NCBI RefSeq assembly: GCF_018350175.1
Contig: NC_058373.1
Span: forward strand, 107,014,001-107,078,000
Direction of reading: 5' to 3'
Source: Felis catus
Lineage: Eukaryota
DNA: 64,000 nucleotides
Part shown: one piece after another, positions 50,701-64,000 of the stretch
Layout: every line of letters starts with the position of its first letter
Numbering within the stretch: position 1 is the stretch's first letter
Made by a program: the position numbers and the translations under genes
The notes under the pieces: model-generated
Seen by the model: the letters and a program-made list of their open reading frames with translations, nothing else
What the model was told of the DNA's origin: nothing
The model's database searches: none

Positions 50701-52479
50701 GGGAGACACCCCGAGAGGGAAAAATAAGAAACTTCCGCAAACTGGAGGGAGGCGATTCTTTCCTTCCCTGGCCAGAAGTGCCGGGAACCACCGCCTTCCT
50801 GGATTCCGCTTCACCCTTGCCCGATCCCCAAGGCCCGGGTTTTCTATACTATGTATTTTGGGCACTTGTGTTCGATGTTTCCACTAAAAGTTGTTTCTTC
50901 TGCGAATTTGGAAATCGCCCCAAGCTAGGGAAGATTTGTGCTTTGACATACTCACCGCCCTCTGTATTTTGCCCCTGCCCTGTCGCATTTCAAGAAAATG
51001 AACTCTTAGAAAAGAAAGCCTCTGCATCCAGGCGGCTAGCAATCTCACAGAAATGATGTAAATGGTTGCAGGGCTTCCTCCTCCCCCCCCCCCCCCAACC
51101 TAGGCTATTTTTTTCGAGTGAACTGTGAAGATCTGTGAAAATAATATCAGGGTTTTCCGTCAGAACGAGCTTTGCCCTGCACTCAGGCGTAGCATAATCT
51201 GACCTGACACCTCCAACCATCTGTGCTATCTATCTGCCTTCTGATTTACCAGAGCTGTACAAGCCGCATACAAATTGTACTTGATACTAAAGAAAAGACA
51301 GCCGGGTCCAGTCCAGTTCGGAGGTGAATATTCCCATCTGATTCCTTTAGGGATGGACCCAACGATAGTTTTCCAGGCATTTTCGAAGGACTCCCCTCTC
51401 CCAATTATTTTCTTCACACTAAACAAGCCCCTATCAAAGGCCCAGGTGAGATCATGGTTTCTTTTGACAGAGACCTCAGAAAATGGTATGATGTGGATGT
51501 CAATTGGGAATCAATAAAAGTTGCCAATTCAATCTGCTGGCCCTAAGGCAGAGCTGCCTAGAAGGCTCTTCCTCTCTGCAGGAGGGGTCAGTGCTCAGCA
51601 GCTTAGAAAGGGTTTTCTGCTCCACCACCACCCCCATTTCTGTGATTCCCCTTTCTCTTCTTGTACTGAATTCCTCTGGGGCAAAAAGGCCAAGGTTACA
51701 GTTTCTATTCCCAGCTCAGCTCGAGTTAAATGTTCTAACACAGGGTAGGGCAAAATCAGCCTGCAAGAAGAGCAAATCAATATTTTTTAAAAAAGATCTT
51801 TGAAATAAGCTTTTAAGTTGCTGTCCTGACCTACCCGTGACTTCTCACTCTAGATGTGGCTAGGCTGCACATTTGTTGAAGTCCATTAAACTGGGGAGGG
51901 GGGTTACTGCTGAAAAGTATAAACTTTTGGGGAGGTGCAACTCCCTTTCTTGAGTGTTTGACTTCATGGTCAACACCTGTGTTATCAGGTGTGGCAGTTG
52001 TTCTAGCTCGTATTTAAAATGATTTCAGGAGGCTTTTGAAGATGGTGGGGATAGCCCAAACTGACCTCTTAACAGATCCCTGGTCCCGTTCCTTCTGCTT
52101 CAGATTCGCTTCCCACTCGGCTGCTTTGCAGCTGGAAAAGGGGGAAATGCATGCGGGGATGGATGCTGGGGGGAAATGGGGTGATCTACTTCCCTCCCTC
52201 CCCATTCGTGCGCTCCCCCCAAAGTTTTCTGTTTCATTACAATTAAACTTGGCGAATTCTTGGAGGATTTCGATTTGGCCCAGTCCTCATTGTCCTCTGG
52301 AGACCTCTTGACCCAGGCAGCGCATCACTCCAAAGTGGATTCCTGTAGCACCACTGCCTCTTTTGGCAAGGGTGGGGGCGGGGGTGGAGGAACAAGGCTG
52401 GATGAGGGTATTGAAAGGCTGCTGTTCTTGCCTTCCCCTTTCTCCCAGCCACTCTCCAGTGTTTTCCTCCTCCAGATTC

Positions 52480-53753
<1,274 letters not shown>

Positions 53754-54589
53754 TGAAAAGAGGAAAGATTAAACATTAAAATGTGTAAACATTAAAATTC
53801 CAGCAACATTTAGGGACCCCCAAGGCCCAAAGCTAATTCTTGTCAGCCTGGGCCCAGGCTCCTATTAAGCGAAGCCTGACTTATTAGCAATGTGGCAGGT
53901 CAGTGTTGTCGTTTTAAAAACCCAGATGCATTCTCTAATGCTTTGAAAATAATTTTCGATAGACTTCTGGATGAAAGATGAGTTCTCTTTCTGCGTGGAC
54001 AACTCTGCCTCAAAATAGCAAACTATAGTCAGTTGAGGTTTGTCGCTTCCTCAGCGTGTGGCTCTAAATTAGCCAAACATTTTGTCCAAGAACCCAGCCT
54101 CATCTCCCAGGACCAAATGCTCCATGCAATCCTCAGCCCTTTTTGCCTTTAGCTTTGGTCCGACCGGCTTACTGTAGGGCACTGACAGGAGCGTGCGCCT
54201 GGAGGAGACGCACGATGGGAAATGGGTTCCCTATCCCGGAGCCCGATATGCCTTTGTCACCCACACTTCATTTATCTTGACAGTATTGTAAATCTCACAA
54301 AGGCGGCCAACAACCGCGAACGAACCTGTGAGCCCAGCATCTCAGATGGGGAGCCCAGAAAGGATTCAGAAGAAGGATGGGACAACTGCTGGGCTACTTG
54401 GAGAGGCGGCCAGCTGTGGAATCCTTCCTGGCTTCCGTTGCCTCACTTTTCCTACTTTAACTGCCGGGGTCTGTGGGAGATCCGCTAGCCTCTGGGCTTA
54501 AGGGAAGCAAAGCGGGGGAGGGGGGGGCAGGGGGGCGCAAGGGGAGGCTATGTTACGCGCTGTGACTGGTGTCCCTTTCCTTCCCATAG

Positions 54590-54758
54590 ACTCCAGCAGC
54601 AGGTCATGTCGCAGGGCTCCGGGCGGGCTCTAAGGGCTGAGGAAGAGGGCACGCCCGAGGTGCTGGGCGCCGCAGCCAGCCCGGCCGCCAGCCTATCCAG
54701 CAAGGCCGCCACTTCGGCCATCTCCATCACGTCCAGCGACAGCGAGTGCGACATCTGA
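54590..54758 (+). CDS. SIX6: SIX homeobox 6, exon 2 CDS
   Basis: 169 nt, ttcccatag|ACTCCAG...GACATCTGA. Encodes (R)[26 protein letters not shown]...[11 protein letters not shown]; total CDS 741 nt = 246 aa. Confidence 0.97.
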
Positions 54759-55275
54759 GCTGCCCATCCAGCACACTCGGAAACAGAATCCACTATTAAA
54801 ACAACACAAAATGGAATAGGAAGGGAGGATGAGAGACCACGCAAACCCAGCGCTTCCGAAACCAGGTGGCCAGGGACCCGCGGGCTCGGGTTGCGCGTTT
54901 CCGCCCGGCGGCCGGCCTGGCTCCACTGGCGCCCTCCGGCCGCTATCAAAGGGGCCCGCGGTGAGGCTCAACCCAGCGCCACGTTCTCCTTGCTTTGCTT
55001 TTTCCCAAGAATTTTACTGCAGAGATGCCTCCGGAACCCGAACTGCACGCTGAGCGCCTGTCCTGAATCTCCCGTGGGTATTTCACGTCGAAAGGACGCT
55101 GTTATATATGTATAACTTTTGCTTTGAAGTTTAAAAAAACAAAACAAAACATATATATGCTGTTTATTTACTTATTTAAGAGACTACCGTGGTAGGTTTC
55201 TCTGTATCTTGGGAACTTGCTGTTTCTAAAGGCGCAGGGTTTCGAACAGATGGGTTCTGTGTGAAGAAGCCAAAC

Positions 55276-55281
55276 AATAAA
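55276..55281 (+). terminator. SIX6: Probable SIX6 polyadenylation signal
   Basis: AATAAA about 520 nt after the stop codon, downstream of ATTTA-containing AU-rich sequence at 55166-55178. An alternative ATTAAA lies at 54795-54800. Confidence 0.6.
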
Positions 55282-55331
55282 AACCTGGTGAGCAACCTTT
55301 CTTAATTAAGTGAGCTGCTCTCAGATTCTTA

Positions 55332-55362
<31 letters not shown>

Positions 55363-56305
55363 CATTTCACCAGGTAAGCAGGGGGGCCCTTGTGCAAATA
55401 GTCTCCGGAGAGTCTTCTCTATACCTTTTGCTTTCTCTGATGTCTCCTGGTATATTTTTTAAATGGCCCATGGTAGATTCATAACCACCTGCCCAACAAA
55501 TTGTACGTTTGTATGTATATATGTACATGTGCATATGTAGCATATATTTAAACCCAGAAGTTGGCAACATGAGCATCCCCTATAAGGCAACTCCACACAT
55601 CCCCAAGCACGGTTTACTATGGCTTGTCCACCTGACACTCACTTTTATGAAATGTTAGTGGCTTTCAGGAATAATTTAAGAAGCCAAACTCTGGGACTCA
55701 GTCGTGAGTCCTATTTTATAAAAATGCAAGACTATTCTGACACAGGCTCTGCAATTAGAAAGGTTTTCCATCTCCTTTTAGGCCCTCTCCCATACAAAAT
55801 AGGCACCCCCCCCCCCCATCATGCTAAAGTGGATATATACTACATTTAGAATTAAACTCATATTAAAATAAGACAAAAGATAGGAGAAGTTTTAATAACT
55901 AAATGAACATCTTGCTGCAGAAGGTTTTTATCAAACATTATTTACCACAAAAAGGATACTTAGATGAAGGAAAGGATGTTATGTCACATATTGAGGAGAA
56001 ATAGAGGCTGCAGAGGATGGCATTTAAAAAATCTGATCTCTGTATCAAACATGAAATAAGTCGTCTAGAGCTTCCTTGTCCTGCAATGGCCTCGATTAAA
56101 ACTATCAAATATTCTTAGGATTTAACTTGTGCAGGCACACACACATACCAAAAAAAGAAAACTAAACAATGTCCTTGCACTAAAAAAGTAAATGTTATCC
56201 AGAGTCTCTTAAGCTTTTTTTCCTAGTGAAATGGGTTGCATATTATAAAATTTGACATTGATCTTTAAATCACTTAAGCTGAACTTCTCTCCTTGAGCTC
56301 CTCCT

Positions 56306-56307
<2 letters not shown>

Positions 56308-56345
<38 letters not shown>
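56308..56345 (+). repeat. (CA)n microsatellite 3' of SIX6
   Basis: Uninterrupted AC repeat. Confidence 0.95.
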
Positions 56346-56347
<2 letters not shown>

Positions 56348-56840
56348 ACTCTTTTCAATTTACCTCTCTGTCCTTAGCAGATGTCCTCTGGTTCAGAAGC
56401 CTACTAACTTATTTAGGTAGAAGTGCTAATGTCCAAAGCTAAATAAATAAATAAACAAATAAGATAAAATAAGTGAAGCCATGGAAGACAAAAAGCAGTC
56501 ATATGACAAGATATATGAGAGAAACCAAAGACATGAAAAAGGGTTGATTTTTGGTTTCTAAATCACTTAACCAAATTTGGCCTCATTTGGGTTTTATAAA
56601 TTGTTGTCATTGCATACTGGGGCCCTTATCCAGAGAATTGTTAACAACCAAAACTCTCTTGCACAAGAGCTCGAGATGGAAGGAGTGGGGATATCTTTGT
56701 GATCAAGATGGCGTTCTTCGGGAAGGCAAGCAAATGCCCTTCTGTGGGTCCAGAAAGACTACGATGGTAGAGCTTCCTGAAGACTGTTGTTTCCTAGAAT
56801 GCCCTCCCTCCCCACCTAGTTCCTTGAATGCCAAGGAGCA

Positions 56841-57002
56841 AGGCCAGGACTCCTATGAGGCAATGGAAGCACCTAGAGTACAAAATTTAAGGAGGCATTC
56901 ACTCTCAAGGTCAAGCAAGTACAGCAAGTGCAAGGCATCTAGGAATGAGTGCTGTTTTAAATTTTGCCCTGTAGGTGCTTGCCTTGTTTCACTGTAGTCC
57001 TG
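56841..57002 (+). mobile_element. MER91-like palindromic MITE
   Basis: caggact...agtcctg ends; internal inverted arms caaaatttaa / ttaaattttg. Confidence 0.65.
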
Positions 57003-57999
57003 AATCTGCAAAGGAGTATTGCGCTTCAATGAAGTATCAAGAGACTTCCATTCTTGTTCCCCAGACCCTCCAGACGCTAACAAAGGAGCTGCCCAGACCA
57101 GCATTTGGAGAAAACAGCAAATTTTCTCTCTTAAACTGATGTTTCCAGGTACAAGAAGGAAGGGAAAGGGCAAATTAGTAAAGGATGTAGAGGCATTTGA
57201 GATTCTAAAAATCCCATCCTACTCAACCAGTTCAAATGATGCCTAAAAGCAGAAGAAAATGTCCATTCTGCATTCTCAAGGAAAAAAAGGGTAACACTGA
57301 TAAGAGCTAAGCTTTCTCTTTACAAATAATTTTTAAATAACATTTACAGCTTGACAAAAAAGAGAAAACCGAACAGTTATGGAGGGCTTTTTTTTCCTGC
57401 TTTGGTGAAAGCCTTTAAAGTACACCTAATTTGCTTGAAGTAACATGTTGTCTAAGGATTACGTTGTAAAGTAGCTATTCTGTTTCACCAATCTGTAGGT
57501 TCATTTATCTAATTTCATGTTAGAATCTTAAGGGGTGACACATTACTTTAAATATTTTTAAAACGTTTATCTGAAACCTGGTGGCACCTAACTGCTCTTG
57601 TGAGTAGTCAATTCTTTGATAATCATATGTTGGAAATTGTTCCAAATCATGACACAGATATTTATGTTAATTGGTCCAAAAATTCCCATGGGCAGGTATC
57701 TTAAAAATTCTCTTTTTCTAAGATTTCCCCCCCCCCATATCAGTTTTATCCTAGTCTAGAAAGGTTTTTTGTTTGTTTGTTTGTGTTTAATTCCAGGTAG
57801 TAGCAATGCTGAAAGTTTCCGAATTTGGAGAAATCTCCATTTGATGGGTTTCCTTCCTGTCTTCTCATGAAATTTATTTCCTGTAACAATTTCCCAAAAA
57901 GCAATTACTCCAGCAGAGTGGAAAGAAGCTGCATTCTAACAATTCAACGGATCTGACCAATGTGAGGATTTAACCAACTCAGGCCCCTTTATCGGGTAT

Positions 58000-59620
58000 A
58001 AATATTTCAACCACCCGCCAGTTCCACCAAAAGCGCGATGGCTCCCGCTCCCCAAATGCCGCAGTTCCTCTCTCCTCCACTTTAACGACCCACTCCTCTT
58101 CCACCCGCCGCGCTCGCCACCCCCCCCCCCCGCACCGCCCCCTTTCCCTCCTCCAGTTTGTTTATAAAAATCCGGGAGGGAGGGGATGAGAGGCTGGGGT
58201 GGGGGAGGACTTGCTCTTTGTTTACATTAAACAAATGACAGGCAAAGAGCTCAATCAAAATCTTCCTTGACCCCGTTCTCTCTCCCTAATTTTAACAAAA
58301 AGGAAAAAAATATTGTATCCAAAGAGAACGTGAATGGGGCGGGAGGAGAAGAGAAGCAGCTTTTTTGCTCTATTCAGCCGGGACGCGGGAGCGCGGACGA
58401 TTTCCGCTCCTATTGTGAGGCGGGGCCCGGGGGCGGCAGTGAATGGGGGGTCTGCCGAGCGGCCCGCAGGGCTGTCAGGCGGCTCAGCGTAATCAGGGCT
58501 AATGACGGTGGCCGGGAGCTCCGCGGGACAATGCGCGGGGCCGCGGGGTTTTGTCGGCCTGAATGGCTAATAGGTTTGCCTGGGGGTGCGAGGGGGGCGG
58601 TGTCGGGGAAGAGGCGGCGGTGAGGGGAGAAGGGGTCATTGTTCGCACACTGGCCCGGGCGCCGAGCCGCGTCCCACCCCGCGCGGGGGCCCGGAGCGGC
58701 CGGCAGGAAGGCCGCGGCCGGGAGGCCCCCTGGAGGTCTGCTGGGAAATGGCGGCAGGGGCGGCGGGTGCGTGGGTCCCCTAGGGAAGGCAGCCCTGAGA
58801 GAGGAGGTCGGCACGAACTTTTTTCCCCGGGAGAATTCCCTAGTGCGTCCCCAGTACCGGGAAGGTGATTCCCTCCGCCAGGGTTCGAATCGCGACTCCG
58901 TGAGGTGACAACTCCACACACCCACCTTTTCCGTCCAGCGCCCTGGGAGCTCTGAGACGTGTAGGCCGGGAGCCACTCCTATTGTTAGACTGCCTGACCC
59001 AAAACAGCTCGAGGAGAGAAACCTCTCAAAACCAAGGGGCGGGGGGGCGAAGGGTTAAAAACCCAGGTGAGGCGATGAACAAACGCCCGCCACAGCAGCA
59101 ACTAAGGCGCACGCTCGCCCTCGAGCCTCTGACGGCGCTACGGCGGTTCGCCAGCCTCGTGCAAGACGATGCGCCGCGGGTCTGGGCCTGCGCGGGTTGC
59201 TGCGGCGCGCGTCCGCCTTGCGTGCGAGGAGGCTGCGCGGGCAGGGTCGCCCGCGACCGGCAGCGGTGAACGTGCTGGTGTCCCCGGACCAGGGAACGGC
59301 AGTTGTCACCGCGGGCTCTCGGCGGAGCCGCGTGAGTTGCCCAAGCGGTGACCGGAGCGCAGAGAGGCTCCATACTCAGGGAGTGGGATCTGCAGGCTCT
59401 GAGGCCTCCAGAGGGCTTTGCGAGCCCCGAAGATCCGCGGGTCAGCCGTCGGGGTTGGGGACCCACAGCAGAGCGTCCTGAGAGCCAAATGCCCGCAGCG
59501 GCGCAAACTCCCGCAGGCCCCCGCTGCCACCGGAGCCCCGGTCTTTAAGAAACTTGGCCGCTCCCGTTTCGGCTCCTACAAATCTCCCCAGAATCATGCC
59601 GGGCAGCTCTCTATCTGCTA
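58000..59620. promoter_or_regulatory. CpG island downstream of SIX6
   Basis: About 1.6 kb of GC/CpG-rich DNA with no convincing protein-coding frame. Confidence 0.75.
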
Positions 59621-59899
59621 GGATTTATATTCCCAAACCTCTTTAGACCTACCCCAGCGTCAGGGATCGAACTGGTTTCCTCCCCACACCCCTCCTTTTC
59701 TCCTGGTTCGAAGACAAAGCGGTGTGAGGGCCATCCCAGAGCACAGCAAGCAGTTTCACGCTGTGTGCCTCTGCTCGCGCGGTTTCCACTTCCTCTGCCG
59801 ACCTAACAGCCCCCGACACCTCGACGGCTAACCGTTGGGTCCTGGAAGCCGAGCCCACTTCCCAGGAGTCTTTCTTGATTCAGCGGGCTCCCCACAGAG

Positions 59900-60120
59900 A
59901 CTTCTCTACTTCCTCTTTAGCGTCTCACAGTACTTTATCTAATTTTAACTGCTGTGATGTATTTATGCATTTGTCTATATGTTTGAATCCCCCCCCCCCA
60001 CCTCCCGCTAGAGTGTAAGCTCTTTAAGGGCAGGGATTGAATTTTATTCATCTTTATATTCCCAGGGCTGGCCTAGAAGTAGGTGCTCAATAAATATTTT
60101 TAAATTGAAATAATTAATGG
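59900..60120 (+). mobile_element. L2 3' end
   Basis: ctagagtgtaagctc...gggcaggga...gtaggtgctcaataaatattt. Confidence 0.75.
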
Positions 60121-61269
60121 ATCTTCGTTAAAACCTGTCCTGAATTAGTGGAGGAGCGCTGCTAGTTCTGAGTTTATTTGAACAGCGAAAATGGCAAATA
60201 GAACCTGGACCCAGAGTTTACTTAAATACTTCAGGTTACAAGCTCTTACCTACTTGTCAGGTTCTCTGGGATGATACCCCCTCTGAGTGTATGGTGTTTT
60301 TAGAACCCTGTGGCTTGGAGTTCATAACATGAAAATTAACTTCTCACACACACATTTTTCCCAAACAGTAAGGTAAGAGTCGTCATCTTAGGTTTAGAAA
60401 ATTCTATTTATTATACCCTCTGAACCCTATAAAATATAATTCCTAATATTTTTGTCTTATGAAAAAGGTTTCTTCTTACAAAATAACTCCTTTCTTTGTC
60501 TCTCTCCTTCCCCCACCCCCACTTTAGTCTTGACCTACAAATTAAAACATAAACACACAAAATAACAAATTCAAAGTGTCCAATTTTAAGATCTTGGATT
60601 GGTATTCCACCTCCATGCTTAGGCTAAGGGGTGAAAAACAGAATTTTCATTACAATCTTAAATCACAAAAGCCCTGTGAAAATCCACTGGTTGCTAAACT
60701 CATCTGAATTTTAAATTTTAATGGACAGAAGGAAGTGAACTGTGTGTAATCTTGAGTTCTGATAAAATATAGATACAGCTGCCTCTTGGAAAGCCATTTT
60801 AGCCTGTCACTCTCAGTCTGCAACCTCAGAATGTTGATTTACTATATGTTTTTCAGACTGAAGAGAATAGCCCTGAGTTTTTTAGCATGAAATCAAATAT
60901 CTAAGTTTAGACTGTGCATATTAATTTGATACATGAACAGTCTGGTTGGTGGTAACTAGTTTATTATGCATTTCAAACATTTTCAGATATTTAAAATTCC
61001 TATTAAAGATTTGTCCATTCAAATTAAGTACCATTTAAGGCAGATTCTATTGCATTGGATATACTGACTTTCCATAAATTCATGATAAAGTATGCATTTG
61101 AACTAAAGGCGTATGCATATACACTAGACATCTGATCTACAAAATAATTTTTGCAGGCAAATGTGATGCTACGAGCTGGATTCATCCATTTAAAACAGAC
61201 AAGCAAATAGGAAAAGGAAAACTATACTGTAAATAGCATGTAGCAATAGACTGATGCCTAAAATGGTGG

Positions 61270-61440
61270 GATCAAAGAGACCTTGCTAATCACTGTGGAT
61301 TTGGGCAAGTCACTCAACTCTTTGAGCCTTCACTTTTACTTCTACAATATGAAGTTGATAATATCCAGGGACGTCGTGAATGTTTGCGATAAAGCACCTA
61401 GACCAGACCCTCACATATAATAGGTATTCAGTGAATGGAA
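61270..61440 (+). mobile_element. MIR fragment
   Basis: ttgggcaagtcactcaactctttgagcct...taaagcaccta. Confidence 0.65.
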
Positions 61441-62041
61441 CTTCCCTTTTCCCATTTTTCCTGGTTAAATGCTAGGCCACGGAAATAAGCTGTACAACTC
61501 CCCTTAAAAATTGTGTTTTAATAGACGTCATCTACACATTTGGAATATTATTGAATTTGAATGCTAAATGCTGTTTTTAGAAGCAGCTCTGCTCACCACC
61601 CCTAGCAGGGAAGACCCAGTATGTTGGTTTCCCAACCTTGATAATGGGTGAACTTGTGCTAATACAACATCACTCTTTCTTAGGCTTTTAACCCTGGTTG
61701 GCGCTGCTCGTCATCATATATGAAGTTCTCCAAAGGGATTTTAGCCTATCCTGCAATTCAGGATAACCTCAAATGTAAGTATAATCACTGAAAAGATAAC
61801 CTTTTAGGGAAAGTGCAAGGTCTATTTTTTTTTTTTTTTTGAGGAAGAAGCAGTGACCCTGCTTTACTTATATTTATCCTGCTTTACTTATATTTATGTG
61901 GCTCTTCATAGCTAATAATGAAGTCCCTTCAGCTGCACCATCTCACTTCCTCACAAGAATCCTGTGAGGGAAGTCAGCAGGTATGGTTTCTACCTTCCAG
62001 ATAAGAAAACAGGGCTCACATTACTTGCTCAGCCACAGGAC

Positions 62042-63016
62042 CAGGGAAGAATCCAGAGTTTGTAGGCCTTGAAGTTTAAATAATTTGGAGGGGAGGATGC
62101 CCTATAAGGTAAAGGATATAAAATTATGAGTACAAAATTGGACGTAAAAAATCACAACAACTATAAAATTTTTAAACTGAGCAAATACAACACACATTAC
62201 AAAATCCAAATAACAAAATCATTTTATTAATTGTCACATATACCTCTAGAATAGTTTTTTCCCTACTTTTTTCTCCTATGTGTTCTTTGATTGCTTCTAT
62301 ATATGACAACAATTTTACAGTACAGTCTTGAAAGATAATTTAGTCTTTAGTATGGGTTGGTTTTTAATATTTTTATTATTCAGATTTTAGAAAAGTTTCA
62401 GTTTCATAGCTCATTATTGGCAATGCCATATGTAATTTTTTAGACTGGTATCAAATTTGGGAAAGCCTCTAGGAAGTTTCTTTCGTATGTGAACATAAGA
62501 TGTGAGGACATTTTCAGTTTCCTTGAACGGTGACCCATCTTAAGTAACCTTTGCATTGACAACACTCATTAACCAGTTTGTAATCAAAGGCCTTACATAT
62601 TCGTGTTGTGACACATAAATCAGCACAACAGAAGTAGGAATATTCCTACAAGACATCCCTGCACCAAAAGAGCTAGCAATAGCCTAACAATACACAGAAA
62701 TGACAACAAACCATAAAAATATGTACCACTAAACCCAAACTGTATCCCCAACTCAAGTTCACTTTAGCTACCGGATAGAAAAATGACTGGTTACTCCAGT
62801 GGTGCCCAGCACTAGGGGAAGTGACAAAGGGAAAATAGAAGTGCACAGAGACAGTGGTCTATTATAGTTAAATTACCTATTTTGCAAAGTTTCCAAAAAT
62901 GCATGATCATGTGAGCATATTGCTAGGATCCCTCCCAGGGCCTTTGAGAAGGGGTCTGTGCAAGTAAGGTATCTTGCAACGTTAGTGTTGCTTGCTTCCA
63001 GGTAATTCTGCCTCTG
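62042..63016 (+). mobile_element. Zaphod/MER115-like hAT-Tip100 DNA transposon
   Basis: Ends cagggaagaatcca... / ...aattctgcctctg; 8-bp TSD cacaggac / cacaggcc. Confidence 0.7.
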
Positions 63017-64000
63017 CACAGGCCAAGTATTTCTTTTTCTGTTTCTTTTTTCTTTCCTTTCTTTTCTACTTCCTTCCTTCCTTCCTACCTTCCTTCCTAC
63101 ATGTCTTTCAGAACAGGCTTTCTGACTCCAGGTTTTCTTTTATCCAGGACAATATGTATTTCCCCAGAAAGTTTTTACAAAGTTTTACTCAAAAGCTGTT
63201 TTTAAAGGTGTTTCATTGATAGAGGGAAAGTGAGTTTCAGATTACAAATATAGAGCTGGCCTTGGGTAGGACTGGGAGACAGACAGGTTATCCCTTAGAA
63301 CCTCACCTTTCCTTTTGAGGATTTTTCACTTTGCCTCCTTACAGGTGTCACATCACAAACTGTCAGAAACCCTCAGTGCTCTCTACCCTCCCTTGATCAA
63401 AATCTATTCTCAGTTGTTACCAAAAAATCAGATAAGCCAATTCACATTGACATACAAATAGCTGCTAAAAGCTTAATGAATTACCTACAGATGGGGGCCT
63501 AGGAGGGTACTTACTAACTGCTAGGAGATAATCCTTTAATTCAATAAACCCAAATCACTAATGGTAACAATTCAGACATCACTGGTAAGCTAGTACAAAA
63601 TTATTTTTGGTTGGAAGAGAGCCAGGAATCCTTCAAGTCATTCCATGGAAGTAGATGACTGCTTCTTGGGTCAAATAGAACCAATATTAAAAATAGAGTA
63701 AAGTAAAAATAAACTTGTTGGGCCCCCAGCTTTCCCCTTAAATTGCAATTCCTTCTCTATCATTCGTTCTACCACCAGACTTTGTAAGAGAGGAAAGAGT
63801 AGTCTACATTCTTTGCCTCCATTTCTTCACTAGATACTTCTTAACTTCTTGCAATCTGGCTTTTACTGGCATTATTCCATCATAACTGTCCCCTCAAAGT
63901 CACTCTACTGGGTCCTCAACTACTCAGCCTGTTGATCTTCAACAGTGTTGAGCATCCCTTCCTTCTAAACAGGGCCAAAATTATGTTGAAGCAAGCAAGA

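Noticed and set aside
58267..59858. Many overlapping 60-190 aa ORFs
   Set aside because: Pro/Arg/Gly-rich, present in all frames; typical of CpG islands.

Overview
This is mammalian genomic DNA from a felid (cat family), inferred from Felidae-type Can-SINEs and L1 3' ends. It covers the SIX6OS1 (C14orf39)-SIX6 locus. On the minus strand, ten coding exons of the meiotic synaptonemal-complex gene SIX6OS1 run from the ATG at 22549 down to 120. They total 969 nt (323 codons), all splice phases are consistent, and the gene continues off the left edge. Its CpG-rich promoter is at about 23050-23640. On the plus strand is the complete two-exon homeobox gene SIX6 (52899-53470 + 54590-54758, 246 aa). 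Positions 1-45 kb are packed with about 28 Can-SINEs, L1 pieces, an RPSA processed pseudogene and a degenerate ERV-L-type provirus with two LTRs (32718-41096). The last ~19 kb around SIX6 contain no recognisable carnivore-specific retroelements. Notable observations are a probable U12 (minor spliceosome) intron and a frameshifting tandem donor in SIX6OS1, an Arg-primed ERV-L-like provirus, an internally deleted (possibly spliced) L1, an L1 3' transduction, several inverted SINE pairs, and a possible CUG-initiated SIX6 extension. I see no evidence for a wholly new biological system, and most ORF-track entries are repeat or GC-content artefacts. Family assignments are by eye, not by database search, and repeat boundaries are approximate unless TSDs are given.
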